From the NCBI GenBank assembly GCA_963695545.1, contig OY968796.1, positions 2,208,001-2,272,000 on the forward strand: a stretch of 64,000 bases of DNA, in the 5' to 3' direction. Each line of letters starts with the position of its first letter. The first letter of the stretch is position 1. Positions 10,836 to 21,337 of the stretch are shown in pieces. The notes below the pieces were generated by a model, which was not told where the DNA came from, did not search any database, and worked only from the letters and a program-made list of their open reading frames with translations. This DNA comes from Terriglobia bacterium (GTDB taxonomy: Bacteria; Acidobacteriota; Terriglobia; Acidiferrales; UBA7541). Position numbers and translations under genes: made by a program.

Positions 10836-12149
10836 ATGCGTCATCTGACTTGCTTGCTGGTCCTTGGCGTATTGGTTGTTGCCCACGCGGCTGACGCTCA
10901 AAATCAAGGGGTGTCGGTGGGCGAGGTCGCTGATCGCGCCGAGGCTCAATCGAAGCTCACCACGCCAGGAAGCACGCCCTTTCACTTAAAGGCGACGGTC
11001 TCCCGAAAAGACGATTCGGATTCGCATAACGATCTCACGGCCGAATTAGAAGTTTTCTGGGCGTCCCCTGAAAAGTGGCGTCGCACCATCACGTCCCCGG
11101 GTTTTACGCAAACGCTCATCGTCAATGGAGATGCGATTTCAGAGCAGGATACGGGTGACTACTACCCATTTTGGTTGCGCGAGTATGTGACGGCAATGCT
11201 CGATCCATTACCGATGGTGGAATCGTTGAAACAGATGAACCAACAGATCGCCAAGCCGAGTGGGAACGAGGAAGTGAGTTCGTGCGCACGATTTCGAGAA
11301 AGCGTCGGCGTGCTGCCCGTGCAGAATTCTGTTTTCACGGTGATTTGCTTCGCGGGCTATCGTGGTCTTGTCGATTACGTTGTCTCGCCCTCTTACACAG
11401 TCGATTTCAAGGACTATAAGGACTTCAAAAACAAGCGAGTAGCACGGCATCTCGAAAGTGACGCAGGATCGGGCATTAAGATTGCCGCTGACGTTACGGA
11501 GCTGAGCGAATTAACGAGCGTCGACGAGAGTCTATTCGAAATCTCTCGCCCGACGCCCTCGCAAGCACAATTGCAAAGCATCATCGTAAGTGAGGCCCAT
11601 CTGAGGAACATGACGGTTCAGGATCCCGACATCGTCTGGCCTTCGATCCGCGGCGGAAAGACTACGGGTGTCCTGAGTATTTACGTTTCGATCGACAAAT
11701 CAGGCCACGTTCGGGAGACGTTTCCCTTGAATTCAGACAATCCGGACATGAGCGACGCAGCGGCCGAGCAGTTGAACAAGTGGCAATTCAAGCCGGCTGT
11801 AACCATGGACGGTGCTGCTGTTCAGGTTGAGGGAATTCTGACGTTTGCATACACCACCAAGATCGAAAATCCGGTTGCGACTCTCTCGGATGCGGACGCG
11901 CGCAAGCTAGCGACGAATATAGTCGAACCCCAAATCCCAGCCGGAATTGCTGCCGCGGGAACAACATTCACCGTCTTCGTGCAAGTAGGGACCGATGGGA
12001 AGTTGCTGGGCGTCTCAAATTATAACAACGTGCCCACTCCTCTTTTCCAAGCGGCATATCAAGCCCTGCAGCAATGGCATTTTCAACCGTACGTTAAAGA
12101 CGGTAAGGCGGACGTTTACAACGCCAACATCACATTTCAACTTCACTGA
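10836..12149 (+). CDS. Secreted protein with two TonB C-terminal-like domains
   Basis: Signal peptide; VSIDKSGHV...WQFKPA..DG and VGTDGKL...WHFQPY.KDG motifs. Confidence 0.7.
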   Translation: MRHLTCLLVLGVLVVAHAADAQNQGVSVGEVADRAEAQSKLTTPGSTPFHLKATVSRKDDSDSHNDLTAELEVFWASPEKWRRTITSPGFTQTLIVNGDAISEQDTGDYYPFWLREYVTAMLDPLPMVESLKQMNQQIAKPSGNEEVSSCARFRESVGVLPVQNSVFTVICFAGYRGLVDYVVSPSYTVDFKDYKDFKNKRVARHLESDAGSGIKIAADVTELSELTSVDESLFEISRPTPSQAQLQSIIVSEAHLRNMTVQDPDIVWPSIRGGKTTGVLSIYVSIDKSGHVRETFPLNSDNPDMSDAAAEQLNKWQFKPAVTMDGAAVQVEGILTFAYTTKIENPVATLSDADARKLATNIVEPQIPAGIAAAGTTFTVFVQVGTDGKLLGVSNYNNVPTPLFQAAYQALQQWHFQPYVKDGKADVYNANITFQLH

Positions 12150-12247
12150 CTTTCTTTCTCCGCGTAAACATTCAGGATTTGCGTACATCGACATCGGGAG
12201 TGATTCCGATTTGAAAACTTCACCCGGAGCAAGCGCGTGACGACCTG

Positions 12248-12590
12248 GTGCCGCCCCTACGGGGCTCGGGAGAGATTATTGCCGCTGGACGACGGCGCGA
12301 AGCCTTCTTCTCTCACGCTCATGCGCCTCGAATTTCTTGGGGAACGACGGAGGGGGATGAGCAGCGCGAAAAAAAGCGACGGAGAGAAACCGGGCGGAGG
12401 CAAGGAGACGAACAGCAGATCCCTCACCACCGTTCGCCAAAATCGGGCGACCGGGTTCGGGATGACGGCGGGAAAAAGAGGCAACGAAAAAAAGCGACGG
12501 TCCCAAAGCCGCGTGCCAGCCTGAAGGCTGGCGCTACACGGGCTAGGACCGAAGGGCTTGCGCAGATGGAGGCCTGAAGGCCTCCGCTAC
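12248..12590. repeat. Cluster of REP-like palindromes between convergent genes
   Basis: GCCCCTACGGGGC; CAGATCCC...GGGATGAC element; GCCAGCCTGAAGGCTGGC-GCTAC; GGAGGCCTGAAGGCCTCC-GCTAC (GTAG-type on minus strand). Confidence 0.7.
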
Positions 12591-12609
12591 ATGGAACTGT
12601 CGAGCTCTT

Positions 12610-13632
12610 CTAGTGAACTTCCCAGACGTCGCCGGAGCGCAGGAGTTTGTCGATGTCGCCGGGGCCGCGTTTGGCGGTGACGTCGCGGACTTGGGCGGCC
12701 GTGACGTCTTCGTAGCGCGGCATATTCCATGAGCGGAAAACACCGAGAGGCGTGGGGAAGCCGGGGATGGCGTCCATCTGCGCGAGGACGAAGGCGTAGT
12801 TCGGATTCGGGTTGTGTTCGTCGTGAACCAGCAAATCCTTCTCGGTGATTCCATCGCCTAGCTTGACGACTTCGGGCTCGAGGCCGTTCAGGCGAATGCC
12901 CTTGTCGCGGTTGCGTCCGAAGATCAGCGGCTTGCCGTGCTCGAGTTCCACGACGTGTTCGCTGCGCGCTTCTTTTTCGGTGACTTCGTTCCACGCGCCG
13001 TCGTTGAAGATGTTGCAATTCTGCAGAATCTCGACGTAGGCTGCGCCGCGATGCGCCGCGGTTTTGCGCAGAGTTTCTTTGAGGTGAACCTGAAAGACGT
13101 CCACGGAGCGCGCGACGAACGTGGCTCCGGCGCCGATCGCGAGAGCCAGCGGATCAAAGGGCCGGTCGGCGGTGCCGAACGGAGTGGACTTGGTCTTCTT
13201 GCCGATTTCCGAGGTCGGCGAATATTGGCCTTTGGTGAGGCCGTAGATGCGATTGTTGAACATCAGAACTTTGATTCCCACGTTGCGGCGCAGCATGTGG
13301 ATGGTGTGATTGCCGCCGATGGCGAGCGAATCGCCGTCGCCGGTGGCGACCCAGACTTCAAGGTCCGGGCGCGCGATCTTGATTCCGGTGGCCACGGCGG
13401 GTGCGCGGCCGTGAATCGAATGAAAGCCGTAGGTGTTCATGTAATAGGGGAACCGGCTGGAGCAGCCGATTCCGGAGACCACCACGAATTGCTCGCGCGG
13501 AATCCCGAGTTCGGGGAAAACGGATTGCACGGCGTTCAGGATGGCGTAGTCGCCGCATCCCGGGCACCAGCGCACTTCCTGGTCGGTCTGAAAATCTTTC
13601 TTGGTATAGATCGGCAGTTCGGCGGTGACCAT
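12610..13632 (-). CDS. korB: 2-oxoacid:ferredoxin oxidoreductase beta subunit
   Basis: WCPGCGD, SGIGCSSR, GDGD TPP motif, YGLTKGQYSPT. Confidence 0.93.
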   Translation of the reverse strand: MVTAELPIYTKKDFQTDQEVRWCPGCGDYAILNAVQSVFPELGIPREQFVVVSGIGCSSRFPYYMNTYGFHSIHGRAPAVATGIKIARPDLEVWVATGDGDSLAIGGNHTIHMLRRNVGIKVLMFNNRIYGLTKGQYSPTSEIGKKTKSTPFGTADRPFDPLALAIGAGATFVARSVDVFQVHLKETLRKTAAHRGAAYVEILQNCNIFNDGAWNEVTEKEARSEHVVELEHGKPLIFGRNRDKGIRLNGLEPEVVKLGDGITEKDLLVHDEHNPNPNYAFVLAQMDAIPGFPTPLGVFRSWNMPRYEDVTAAQVRDVTAKRGPGDIDKLLRSGDVWEVH

Positions 13633-13736
13633 TTTTCCGTGTCCTCTATGTAGTTCGAATCAAAATCAAATTAAATTCAATTCTCAGATTTCTGCCTGAC
13701 TTTATTTTTCAAACCCAAAAGTCTTGCTTAACGTCA

Positions 13737-15593
13737 CTACCCGAGCAGTTCTTCGATCTTGGCTTCGATCTCGGCCTGCTTGAATGGCCGGCCCTGAATC
13801 TTGTTGTAGCTCTGCGCGTCCACCAAATATTTGGCGCGCAGCACCATGACCAGCTGGCCCATGTTCATTTCCGGAACGAGCACGGTGCGATAGCGGCCCA
13901 GCACTTCGCCGAGATTGCGCGGCAGCGGATTAAGGTGCCGCAGGTGAACATGCCCCACGCGACGGCCCTTGGCGCGCGCTGTGTTTAGGGCCGCGGTGAT
14001 CGCGCCGTAGGTCGAGCCCCAAGCCACGATCAACAGATCGCCATCGGGATCGCCCGAGGGAACCACATCGGGCACCTCGCGCACGATTGCTTCGACTTTG
14101 GCCGCACGCAGGCGCACCATTTTTTCGTGGTTCAGCGGTTCGTAATTGACGTTGCCGGTGACGTCTTGTTTCTCAAGGCCGCCGAGGCGATGTTCGAGGC
14201 CCGGAGTGCCGGGGATCGCCCACGGACGAGAGAGAGTGACGGGATCGCGGCTGTAGGGCTGAAAATTCTCGGGATCGCTGGTGAAATTAACGTGGAATTC
14301 AGGAATCTCGCTGATGCTTGGGATGCGCCACGGTTCGGCGCCGTTGGCGAGATAGCCGTCGGACAGAATGATTACCGGAACCATATATTTGAGCGCGATG
14401 CGGCTGGCTTCCACGGCCATCCAGAAGCAATCGCCAGCGGTAGCCGGCGCGAGCACGGGAACCGGCGCTTCCGAATTGCGACCGTAGAGCGCTTGCAGCA
14501 AATCGGCCTGTTCAGTTTTGGTCGGCAGACCGGTCGAAGGTCCGCCGCGCTGGACATTGCAAATCACGAGAGGCAGTTCGTTGGCTACGGCCAGGCCCAG
14601 CGCCTCGGTCTTCAGCGCCATGCCGGGGCCCGACGTGGTGGTGATCGCCAGATCGCCCGAAAATGATGCGCCGATGGCCGAAGTGATGGCCGCGATTTCA
14701 TCTTCGGCTTGAAACGTGAGCACGCCGAAATTCTTGTAGCCGGAGAGCTCGTGCAAAATGTCGGATGCCGGCGTGATCGGATAAGAGCCAAGGAAAAGTT
14801 TCAGGCCAGCGCGTTGCGCGGCGACTACAAAGCCCATGGCCAGCGCCTGGTTGCCGCTCAAATTGCGGTACACGCCCGGCGCGAGTTTCGCGGGCGGAAT
14901 TTCGTAACTGATCTGAAACGCTTCGGTGGCTTCGCAGTAGGAATATCCGGCCCGCAGCGCGCGCTTATTGGCTTCCACGAGCAGCGGCTTGGCTTTGAAC
15001 TTTTCTTCGAGCCAGCGATAGGTGGAATCCATGGTGCGGTTGTAGAGCCAGTAGCACATGCCCAGCGCAAAAAAGTTCTTGCACCGGTCCATGTTCTTGG
15101 CGTCCATGCCCAAATCCTGGAGCGCCGCGCGCGTGAGGCGCGAAAGCTCGACGGGAAATACGCGGAAACTGTCGAGCGAATGATCCTCGAGGGGATTCGA
15201 GGTCATGCGCGCTTTGCGTAGATCGGTTTCCTTGAAGGCGTCGCTATTGACGATCAGGATGCCGCGGGGTTTCAGGTCCGCCACGTTCATCTTCAGCGCC
15301 GCGGGGTTCATCGCGACCAGCACGTCCACAGCGTCGCCCGGGGTATACACCGTGCCCGAGGCGAAATGAATCTGGAATCCGCTAACGCCGGGTAGCGTCC
15401 CCGCGGGAGCCCGGATTTCGGCCGGGTAGTCGGGGAAGGTCGCCAGGTCGTTGCCGTAGAGCGCGGTGGTGTTCGTGAACTGATTGCCGGTGATTTGCAT
15501 GCCGTCGCCGGAATCGCCCGCGAAACGAATAACGGCCTGGTCGATTTTTTCACGCTTATGTGCGTGGACGTCAGATTCGGTCAGTGTTGCCAT
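13737..15593 (-). CDS. korA: 2-oxoacid:acceptor oxidoreductase alpha subunit
   Basis: GDSGDGMQ, YPAEIRAPAG, YPITPAS, QAEDEIAA, QRGGPSTGLPTKTEQ. Confidence 0.93.
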   Translation of the reverse strand: MATLTESDVHAHKREKIDQAVIRFAGDSGDGMQITGNQFTNTTALYGNDLATFPDYPAEIRAPAGTLPGVSGFQIHFASGTVYTPGDAVDVLVAMNPAALKMNVADLKPRGILIVNSDAFKETDLRKARMTSNPLEDHSLDSFRVFPVELSRLTRAALQDLGMDAKNMDRCKNFFALGMCYWLYNRTMDSTYRWLEEKFKAKPLLVEANKRALRAGYSYCEATEAFQISYEIPPAKLAPGVYRNLSGNQALAMGFVVAAQRAGLKLFLGSYPITPASDILHELSGYKNFGVLTFQAEDEIAAITSAIGASFSGDLAITTTSGPGMALKTEALGLAVANELPLVICNVQRGGPSTGLPTKTEQADLLQALYGRNSEAPVPVLAPATAGDCFWMAVEASRIALKYMVPVIILSDGYLANGAEPWRIPSISEIPEFHVNFTSDPENFQPYSRDPVTLSRPWAIPGTPGLEHRLGGLEKQDVTGNVNYEPLNHEKMVRLRAAKVEAIVREVPDVVPSGDPDGDLLIVAWGSTYGAITAALNTARAKGRRVGHVHLRHLNPLPRNLGEVLGRYRTVLVPEMNMGQLVMVLRAKYLVDAQSYNKIQGRPFKQAEIEAKIEELLG

Positions 15594-15981
15594 GATGTCG
15601 GGAGCCCCTATTCCTTTAGATGATGGTATCTACCTAGCGGTCGCTCGCAGAACGGACCCGGCGTCCTGGGGTCAGCGCCTGTCGGAAACATTTCGTTCCG
15701 CACAAGGCACTTAATTCCTTTTAAGGATAGCACAAGCGGCGGCCGCGGAAGCCGCAAAACCCGGCGAGTAATCTTTGCGGTTAACGCGAAAAAGCTAACA
15801 GTGACGTCACGACCGCGCAGAATGGCGCGTATCGCCGCTAGTTCATCCCAGGAACATTGTACGGTAGCGTACGATGAGTGCTGGCTTTGTCTGCGTAACT
15901 TGTATACAGTGGAAGAGGAATCTCCCGCCGGCGAAGAAGTTTCGAGCTGTCCGGGCTGCAAGCAACCAAGTTGGAGGCCGC

Positions 15982-16845
15982 GTGAATCAACCCGCCGTAG
16001 GTGTAATTCGTCCATGGGAACAGCCATTCTGGAAACCGGCGAAAGGCAAATTGGGAGTACTCACCTACCTGGTTCTCATCCACGCTTTGGCAATCGTCGG
16101 CTTGATTCTGTTTCCGCTTCCAAGTCTGAAAGTTTTTCTGATCGCTCTCGGCATTGCCGCAATCGGCGGATTCGGCACAACGGTTTGTTATCATCGGCTG
16201 CTCGCGCATCGCACGCTCAAGCTCAATAAATTCGTGGAACACTTTCTGGTTTTCGGCGCGATGTTCAATGGCGGCGGCGCGCCGGCGAGCTGGGTGGCCT
16301 ATCATCGCCATCATCATTCGCACGTGGAAACGCCGGACGATATTTCGAGTCCGAAACAGGGCGGCTTCTGGTGGTCGCATCTGCGCTGGCTGTATCAATC
16401 CGCGCCGGCCGATAAGCAGCGTTGGTGCCCGGAATTGACGCGCGGTTTTTACAAAGTCTGGATGTTCACCGAAGCGCCGATGCTGATCTTTTCGATTTGC
16501 TTCGGCATCATTTGGGGATGGCAGGGATTTTTCTGGATCGGCGCGATTCGTTTGGTCTACACGCTGCACATGCAGTGCTTCGTCAACAGCATCACGCACC
16601 TGGGTCACGAGGAAGAAGGCGACTCGAGCAAGAACTTGTGGTGGCTCGGTCCGCTGCAACTCACCGCGTGGGGCGAAAACTGGCACAAGAATCACCACTC
16701 GAATGCCGGGTCGGCGCGACTCGGACTGCGCTGGTGGCAGCCGGACATGGGGTGGTATTTGATTGTGGCGCTCGAGGCCGTTGGCCTGGCGAGCGGCGTG
16801 AAGCGGCCGAACATGGCGCGCATCAACAGCCGATCCGGCTCGTAA
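15982..16845 (+). CDS. Fatty acid (delta-9 type) desaturase
   Basis: His boxes HRLLAH, HRHHH, HKNHH; GGAGG before GTG 15982. Confidence 0.9.
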   Translation: MNQPAVGVIRPWEQPFWKPAKGKLGVLTYLVLIHALAIVGLILFPLPSLKVFLIALGIAAIGGFGTTVCYHRLLAHRTLKLNKFVEHFLVFGAMFNGGGAPASWVAYHRHHHSHVETPDDISSPKQGGFWWSHLRWLYQSAPADKQRWCPELTRGFYKVWMFTEAPMLIFSICFGIIWGWQGFFWIGAIRLVYTLHMQCFVNSITHLGHEEEGDSSKNLWWLGPLQLTAWGENWHKNHHSNAGSARLGLRWWQPDMGWYLIVALEAVGLASGVKRPNMARINSRSGS

Positions 16846-17097
16846 GCGTTTAACGTCGATTCAATCAACTGCGCGTATTTTGATTCCTCGATCAGCAGAT
16901 ATTTGAACGTCTTGGTTTTGCCGCCACTCGGCAGTCGCTCGGTTTCCAACTGACCTCGCAGCCGAGATCCGCTCGAAACGCTTCAACCTTACATCGCATC
17001 TATGTGAATACCACCTAGCGCCGTCCAACTTGGCGCGGTGCGTAAGCCGGAATGCTCAATCGAGATTAGCGGGCCTTCGCCTGCGGGAGTGCGACCA

Positions 17098-18159
17098 ATG
17101 TCCATACGCGCGCGGCTCGGCTGTGCTCTGCTCGCGTCTTGTTTTTGCGCGGGGATGGCTTCAGGCCAGCAGCCCGGTCCGCGAGCCGAGGCCGGCGCTG
17201 GTACGATCAATCTCGATGTCGTGGTAACGCCGAAGTCCGGGCCGCCGGTCGGCGATCTGCAGCAATCAGACTTCACGCTCTTAGACAACAAGGCTCCGCA
17301 GACCATTACTTCTTTCAAGGTCGTCGATGCACGCGAGGCTCCCATCGAAGTTGTTATCGTGCTCGATGCAGTCAACGACAGTGCTCAAAACCTCGGCTAC
17401 GAACGCACGGAGATCGATAAATTTCTCGAAGCGGATGGAGGCAACCTGGCGCACCCCGTCGCGATTGATGTGGTCACGGATACGGGCATCCAGAGTGTGG
17501 CGAGCTCCTCGAGCGACGGCAACGCGCTGAGCGCCGCTCTGCAGAAGAGCGACATCGGTCTTCGCGACATTGGCCGCGCCGCGGGGTATTGGGGAGCGAC
17601 TGAGCGATTGCAAATTTCGCTCAAGGCGCTGGGTCAGCTTCTTGCGAGCGAGGCCGCGCGTCCGGGGCGAAAATTGGTTTTGTGGGTTTCTCCCGGCTGG
17701 CCTCTTCTAAGCGGCCCTGGCTTGCAGCTCGACGCGAAAGATCAACAACAGCTCTTCTCGAACATCGTCGGCATTTCGACCGACCTTTTGCGGGCCAGCA
17801 TCACGCTCTATAGCATCGATCCTCTGGGAGCTGGGGAATCTACGCTGCGCACCTCGGACTATGAGATGTTCCTTAAAGGCGTCAGCAAGCCGGATCGGGC
17901 GCTTCCGGGGGATCTGGGTCTCGAGGTGATCGCCACGCAGAGTGGCGGCCTGGTGCTCAACTCCGGAAACGATCTCGTGAAGTTCCTGAACGAATGCGTG
18001 TCCGATTCGGCGCCTTACTACGAGATTTCCTTCGCGGCCGCCACGCCTGAGAAGCCGAACGAATATCATCAGCTCGGAATCAAGATCGCGAGGCCCGGCC
18101 TGACCGCGCGCACGCGCGAAGGCTATTACGCGCAACCTCCGTCCGCGCCCGGAAATTAA
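17098..18159 (+). CDS. Acidobacterial VWA-related domain protein, secreted
   Basis: INLDVVVT...DFTLLDN, PGRKLVLWVSPGWP, TQSGG, YYEISF, ARTREGYYA. Confidence 0.8.
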   Translation: MSIRARLGCALLASCFCAGMASGQQPGPRAEAGAGTINLDVVVTPKSGPPVGDLQQSDFTLLDNKAPQTITSFKVVDAREAPIEVVIVLDAVNDSAQNLGYERTEIDKFLEADGGNLAHPVAIDVVTDTGIQSVASSSSDGNALSAALQKSDIGLRDIGRAAGYWGATERLQISLKALGQLLASEAARPGRKLVLWVSPGWPLLSGPGLQLDAKDQQQLFSNIVGISTDLLRASITLYSIDPLGAGESTLRTSDYEMFLKGVSKPDRALPGDLGLEVIATQSGGLVLNSGNDLVKFLNECVSDSAPYYEISFAAATPEKPNEYHQLGIKIARPGLTARTREGYYAQPPSAPGN

Positions 18160-18186
18160 CGCGACGCGGTTCGATTTTTGGCGGAG

Positions 18187-19284
18187 CTAGCGGCTGGCTG
18201 CCTGGGGCGTGGGCCTGGTCATCAGGTCGACGAATTCCGCGTAGAATTTTTCTTTATCGAGATCTTCCTGCACCTCGACGAGCGCTCCGCCGAGAGTTGG
18301 CTTCTGCGAGAGCGGCCATGCGAGCGTGTCGCCATACGTGGCGCCGTGATCGACGGAGACATCGAGGTAGAATTTTCTGGTGCGCGTAATGATGGTCGGA
18401 TCGAGCCACGCAACCGACGCTATCTCATCCCACATGTAGTATTCCAGCGCGTACTTCGCCACGTACTGCGCGGCCGGAGTTGTTCGCTTCGCGATCTGCG
18501 CGATCAGGGATTTGTCCATCCATGTCTTGATTGAGATGTCGACGGTAGTCGCTTCAATGTGCGCCCACGGCGATCTCAGCACGATTCGCGCCGCTTCCGG
18601 ATCCATCCAGAAGTTGAACTCATGGCGTGGCGTCTTCGCGAATTCCGGATCCTTCGTGATCGGATCGATGCTTCCGCCCATAATCACGAGTTCCTTCGCG
18701 AGCGACGCAAATTCCGGATCGATGGCCTGCGCCAGCGCCAAGTCCGTCAGCGGCCCGGCGGCGAAGATCGTGACTTCGTGCGGATACTGGCGAACCGTGC
18801 GAATCATAAAGTGCGCCGCGTCCTCCTCGGACGGCTTGGTTGTGGGAGCCCCTTCAGCCATCGGAGGAATCACCTGTGGATCGTGATACGGCTGGTTATT
18901 TTTCCACGCACCCTGCCAGATCAGTGGTCCGTAGCGCTTCTCCCACTGCGCCGCTTCTTCGCGGCTATTGAGCAACGGAAACTCCGCGCCGGGATACACG
19001 CGAATGTCCGTGCGACCGATGATTTCGAGCAGCCGGAGTATGTGGGCCACTTCTTCGTCGCGCCACTCGTCGCCCGTCACCACGGCGATTCCCAGCACGT
19101 CCGTGTCCGGCGAATTCACCAGAGCCAGGACGGATTGCATGTTCGATCCGCCCGGCCCTGAACGGTCCTGATCGATGATCACTTTGCGTTTTTCTTGTGC
19201 GAAGACAGGCGAAACGGCCAGGTGAACCGCGGCGGTAGCAGCCAGTGCCGCCAAAGCAAAAAGATTTTGGAGGCTCATTTTCAT
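18187..19284 (-). CDS. Nucleoside hydrolase (IU-NH family), exported
   Basis: Signal peptide; IIDQD, AGPLTDLALA, IMGGS, EFNFWMDPEAA, MWDE. Confidence 0.88.
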   Translation of the reverse strand: MKMSLQNLFALAALAATAAVHLAVSPVFAQEKRKVIIDQDRSGPGGSNMQSVLALVNSPDTDVLGIAVVTGDEWRDEEVAHILRLLEIIGRTDIRVYPGAEFPLLNSREEAAQWEKRYGPLIWQGAWKNNQPYHDPQVIPPMAEGAPTTKPSEEDAAHFMIRTVRQYPHEVTIFAAGPLTDLALAQAIDPEFASLAKELVIMGGSIDPITKDPEFAKTPRHEFNFWMDPEAARIVLRSPWAHIEATTVDISIKTWMDKSLIAQIAKRTTPAAQYVAKYALEYYMWDEIASVAWLDPTIITRTRKFYLDVSVDHGATYGDTLAWPLSQKPTLGGALVEVQEDLDKEKFYAEFVDLMTRPTPQAASR

Positions 19285-19539
19285 TGCGGGATCATACCGG
19301 CGGCCTTACCCGAGGACCATATCATTGATCAGATCGATCGAATTGATTTAGGTGAACCTCTATCCAGCGATGACCCGGCCAGCGCGAGATCTTCTGTGCG
19401 AATCGAGATTCGGATGACCGAATCCCCGCGAACAACGCTGCCTCGTTCCCCCGTGACTAGGCGGGGTTGCGCGCTTGAGGCCCACCTGTCCTTCAGTACG
19501 GCTGGCGTCTAGGGCAACAAGCCAACCACTTGCTTTGCG

Positions 19540-20409
19540 ATGCCCCTGTATCGCTGCAAGAATCAAGTAATGGGAGCACTCGTTCATGTTACGGCTTGGG
19601 AGCGAGTTTCGCTGACAAGACGAATTCCCTGCGCGTTCCTGCGCGTGGCGATTTTGATCTTCATGCTGGCGATTCTGTTCAATCTCCTTGGACCCCCAAC
19701 TGCCATTTTCTTTGCGGCGCGCTGGGAGGCTAGGAGAGACCCAGCAGTGAAGGTCGTCCCTCGACCACTGGCGGATTATTCCGTGTCCAATTCACCAGGG
19801 ACAGAACTGTCGTATTTCGGTTACGAGTTTGAGGTCCCGTGGAGTGGGCCCTTCAAGCAAACGGTATTTGGAAAGGGCGGCATCGTTCAGCTTAGGTTTG
19901 AGTCCGGGCAGTATCTGTCATTCACTGCTCTCACGAATCACGCCGGCCTGCTAACCGAAATTGTTCAGGACAACTCCATGAATTTTCAGTGGCTGCAGCC
20001 CGTCTTTGGCGATTTGCTGAATCGTTCAGCGTACGACCAATACGCCGCAATGCTGAACACGACACCGCAAAGCATTCGAGCCTTCGGGCCGCGAGCGGAT
20101 GCGGCACGCGGCATGATTCTTCTAACATTCAAGGCAATCGCTACCAGTCCGCAGCTGACGACCGGCGTATTCTCGTTTGAATTGCCAGACAAGCGGGGAT
20201 TTGAGACGGGAGATCCACGAAAATCAAGACGCATTGACCTTGAAATTTTCGGTACCGGAGGAGACGACGTCGAGATTGCCTGCACGACGTGGAAAGACAG
20301 CGTTCGGTTCTCGCAACCGGAGCTCAATCGGATTCTCACAAGCTTGCACCGGCTGCCAGCAGACTCCTCCGTAACGTCCTCCGCAAGCATCGCCGCACCG
20401 CTGAATTGA
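19540..20409 (+). CDS. Hypothetical protein with N-terminal TM helix (start uncertain)
   Basis: 289-aa ORF filling the intergenic space; no recognised motif. Confidence 0.6.
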   Translation: MPLYRCKNQVMGALVHVTAWERVSLTRRIPCAFLRVAILIFMLAILFNLLGPPTAIFFAARWEARRDPAVKVVPRPLADYSVSNSPGTELSYFGYEFEVPWSGPFKQTVFGKGGIVQLRFESGQYLSFTALTNHAGLLTEIVQDNSMNFQWLQPVFGDLLNRSAYDQYAAMLNTTPQSIRAFGPRADAARGMILLTFKAIATSPQLTTGVFSFELPDKRGFETGDPRKSRRIDLEIFGTGGDDVEIACTTWKDSVRFSQPELNRILTSLHRLPADSSVTSSASIAAPLN

Positions 20410-20467
20410 ATGAGCAGCGCCGATTGCCGCCTCGCTGAAACGGCCCGCTCGGTGTCGGCAAACGTCC

Positions 20468-20496
20468 TTTACATTCGCCTTCTATTCGCCTAAACT
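20468..20496 (+). promoter_or_regulatory. lexA promoter with direct-repeat SOS box
   Basis: TTTACA-N17-TAAACT; ATTCGCC-TTCT-ATTCGCC (ATTC-N7-ATTC) fills the spacer. Confidence 0.7.
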
Positions 20497-20517
20497 GGTG
20501 GTGGCTGGAGGCGCGCA

Positions 20518-21141
20518 ATGACACTCACCAAACGGCAGAAGCAAGTGCTCGATTTCCTGGTCGGTTTTCACGATAAGCACGGCTATTCGCCGAGTTTCGA
20601 GGAGATGGCGCGATCGCTCAAGCTCACTTCGCTTGCCACGGTGCATAAGCACATCTCGACGCTCGAGCGAAAAGGTTTCATTCGCCGCGGCTACAACCAG
20701 AGCCGCTCGATCGAAGTGATGCAATTGCCGAAGCCAGTGCGCGAGCAGGTGATCGAGCGCCACGCAACCGAGTTACCGCTCCTGGGCCGCATCGCCGCGG
20801 GCCGGCCGCTCGAAGCGGTCGAAGAGAAGGAAACATTTTCGTTGGGCGAATTCGCGCGCGGCGGGAATCGTTTTGTTCTGCAGGTCAAGGGCAATTCGAT
20901 GGTGGAAGATCACATCACGGACGGCGACTTCATCGTCGTGGAGCAAACGCAAGTGGCGAATCCGGGCGAGATCGTCGTTGCGCTTGTCGGCGGCGACGAC
21001 GCCACGCTCAAGCGCTTCTATCGCGAATCGAGCGGGAAAATCCGCTTGCAGCCCGCCAATTCCGAAATGCAGCCCACCATCGTCGCTGCGCAGGACGTCA
21101 AGATTCAAGGCCGCGTCGTCGGAGTCCTGCGCAAATACTGA
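20518..21141 (+). CDS. lexA: SOS repressor LexA
   Basis: LTKRQ..VLDF wHTH, IAAG cleavage site, GNSM and TLKR catalytic dyad. Confidence 0.97.
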   Translation: MTLTKRQKQVLDFLVGFHDKHGYSPSFEEMARSLKLTSLATVHKHISTLERKGFIRRGYNQSRSIEVMQLPKPVREQVIERHATELPLLGRIAAGRPLEAVEEKETFSLGEFARGGNRFVLQVKGNSMVEDHITDGDFIVVEQTQVANPGEIVVALVGGDDATLKRFYRESSGKIRLQPANSEMQPTIVAAQDVKIQGRVVGVLRKY

Positions 21142-21337
21142 ACGCGCCGCAGCATTGCGCAGCGTTCATCGAGTGCCCGAGAAGACAGTATGCGAAAGCT
21201 CTCGGGGCCGTGTACCAATCGCGAACACGCCGCCGAAGATTTTCTTGTAGCACTTCACCCCAGAGCATAAATTGAGCGCCACCCCGGTCCAACCGTCACA
21301 TCAAGTGTCGGCGTCTAACGACCGTGGAGGGCCAATC

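Noticed and set aside
10200..12600. CRISPR array or IS element
   Set aside because: No regularly spaced identical repeats, cas genes or transposase ORF
15801..16229. ORF with CWLC...CPGC zinc-ribbon-like pattern
   Set aside because: Overlaps the desaturase out of frame and has no clear RBS; probably chance
16846..16949. Minus-strand protein-like stretch (ETERLPSGGKTKTFKYLLIEESKY)
   Set aside because: No good start and runs antisense into the desaturase; at most an unidentifiable remnant
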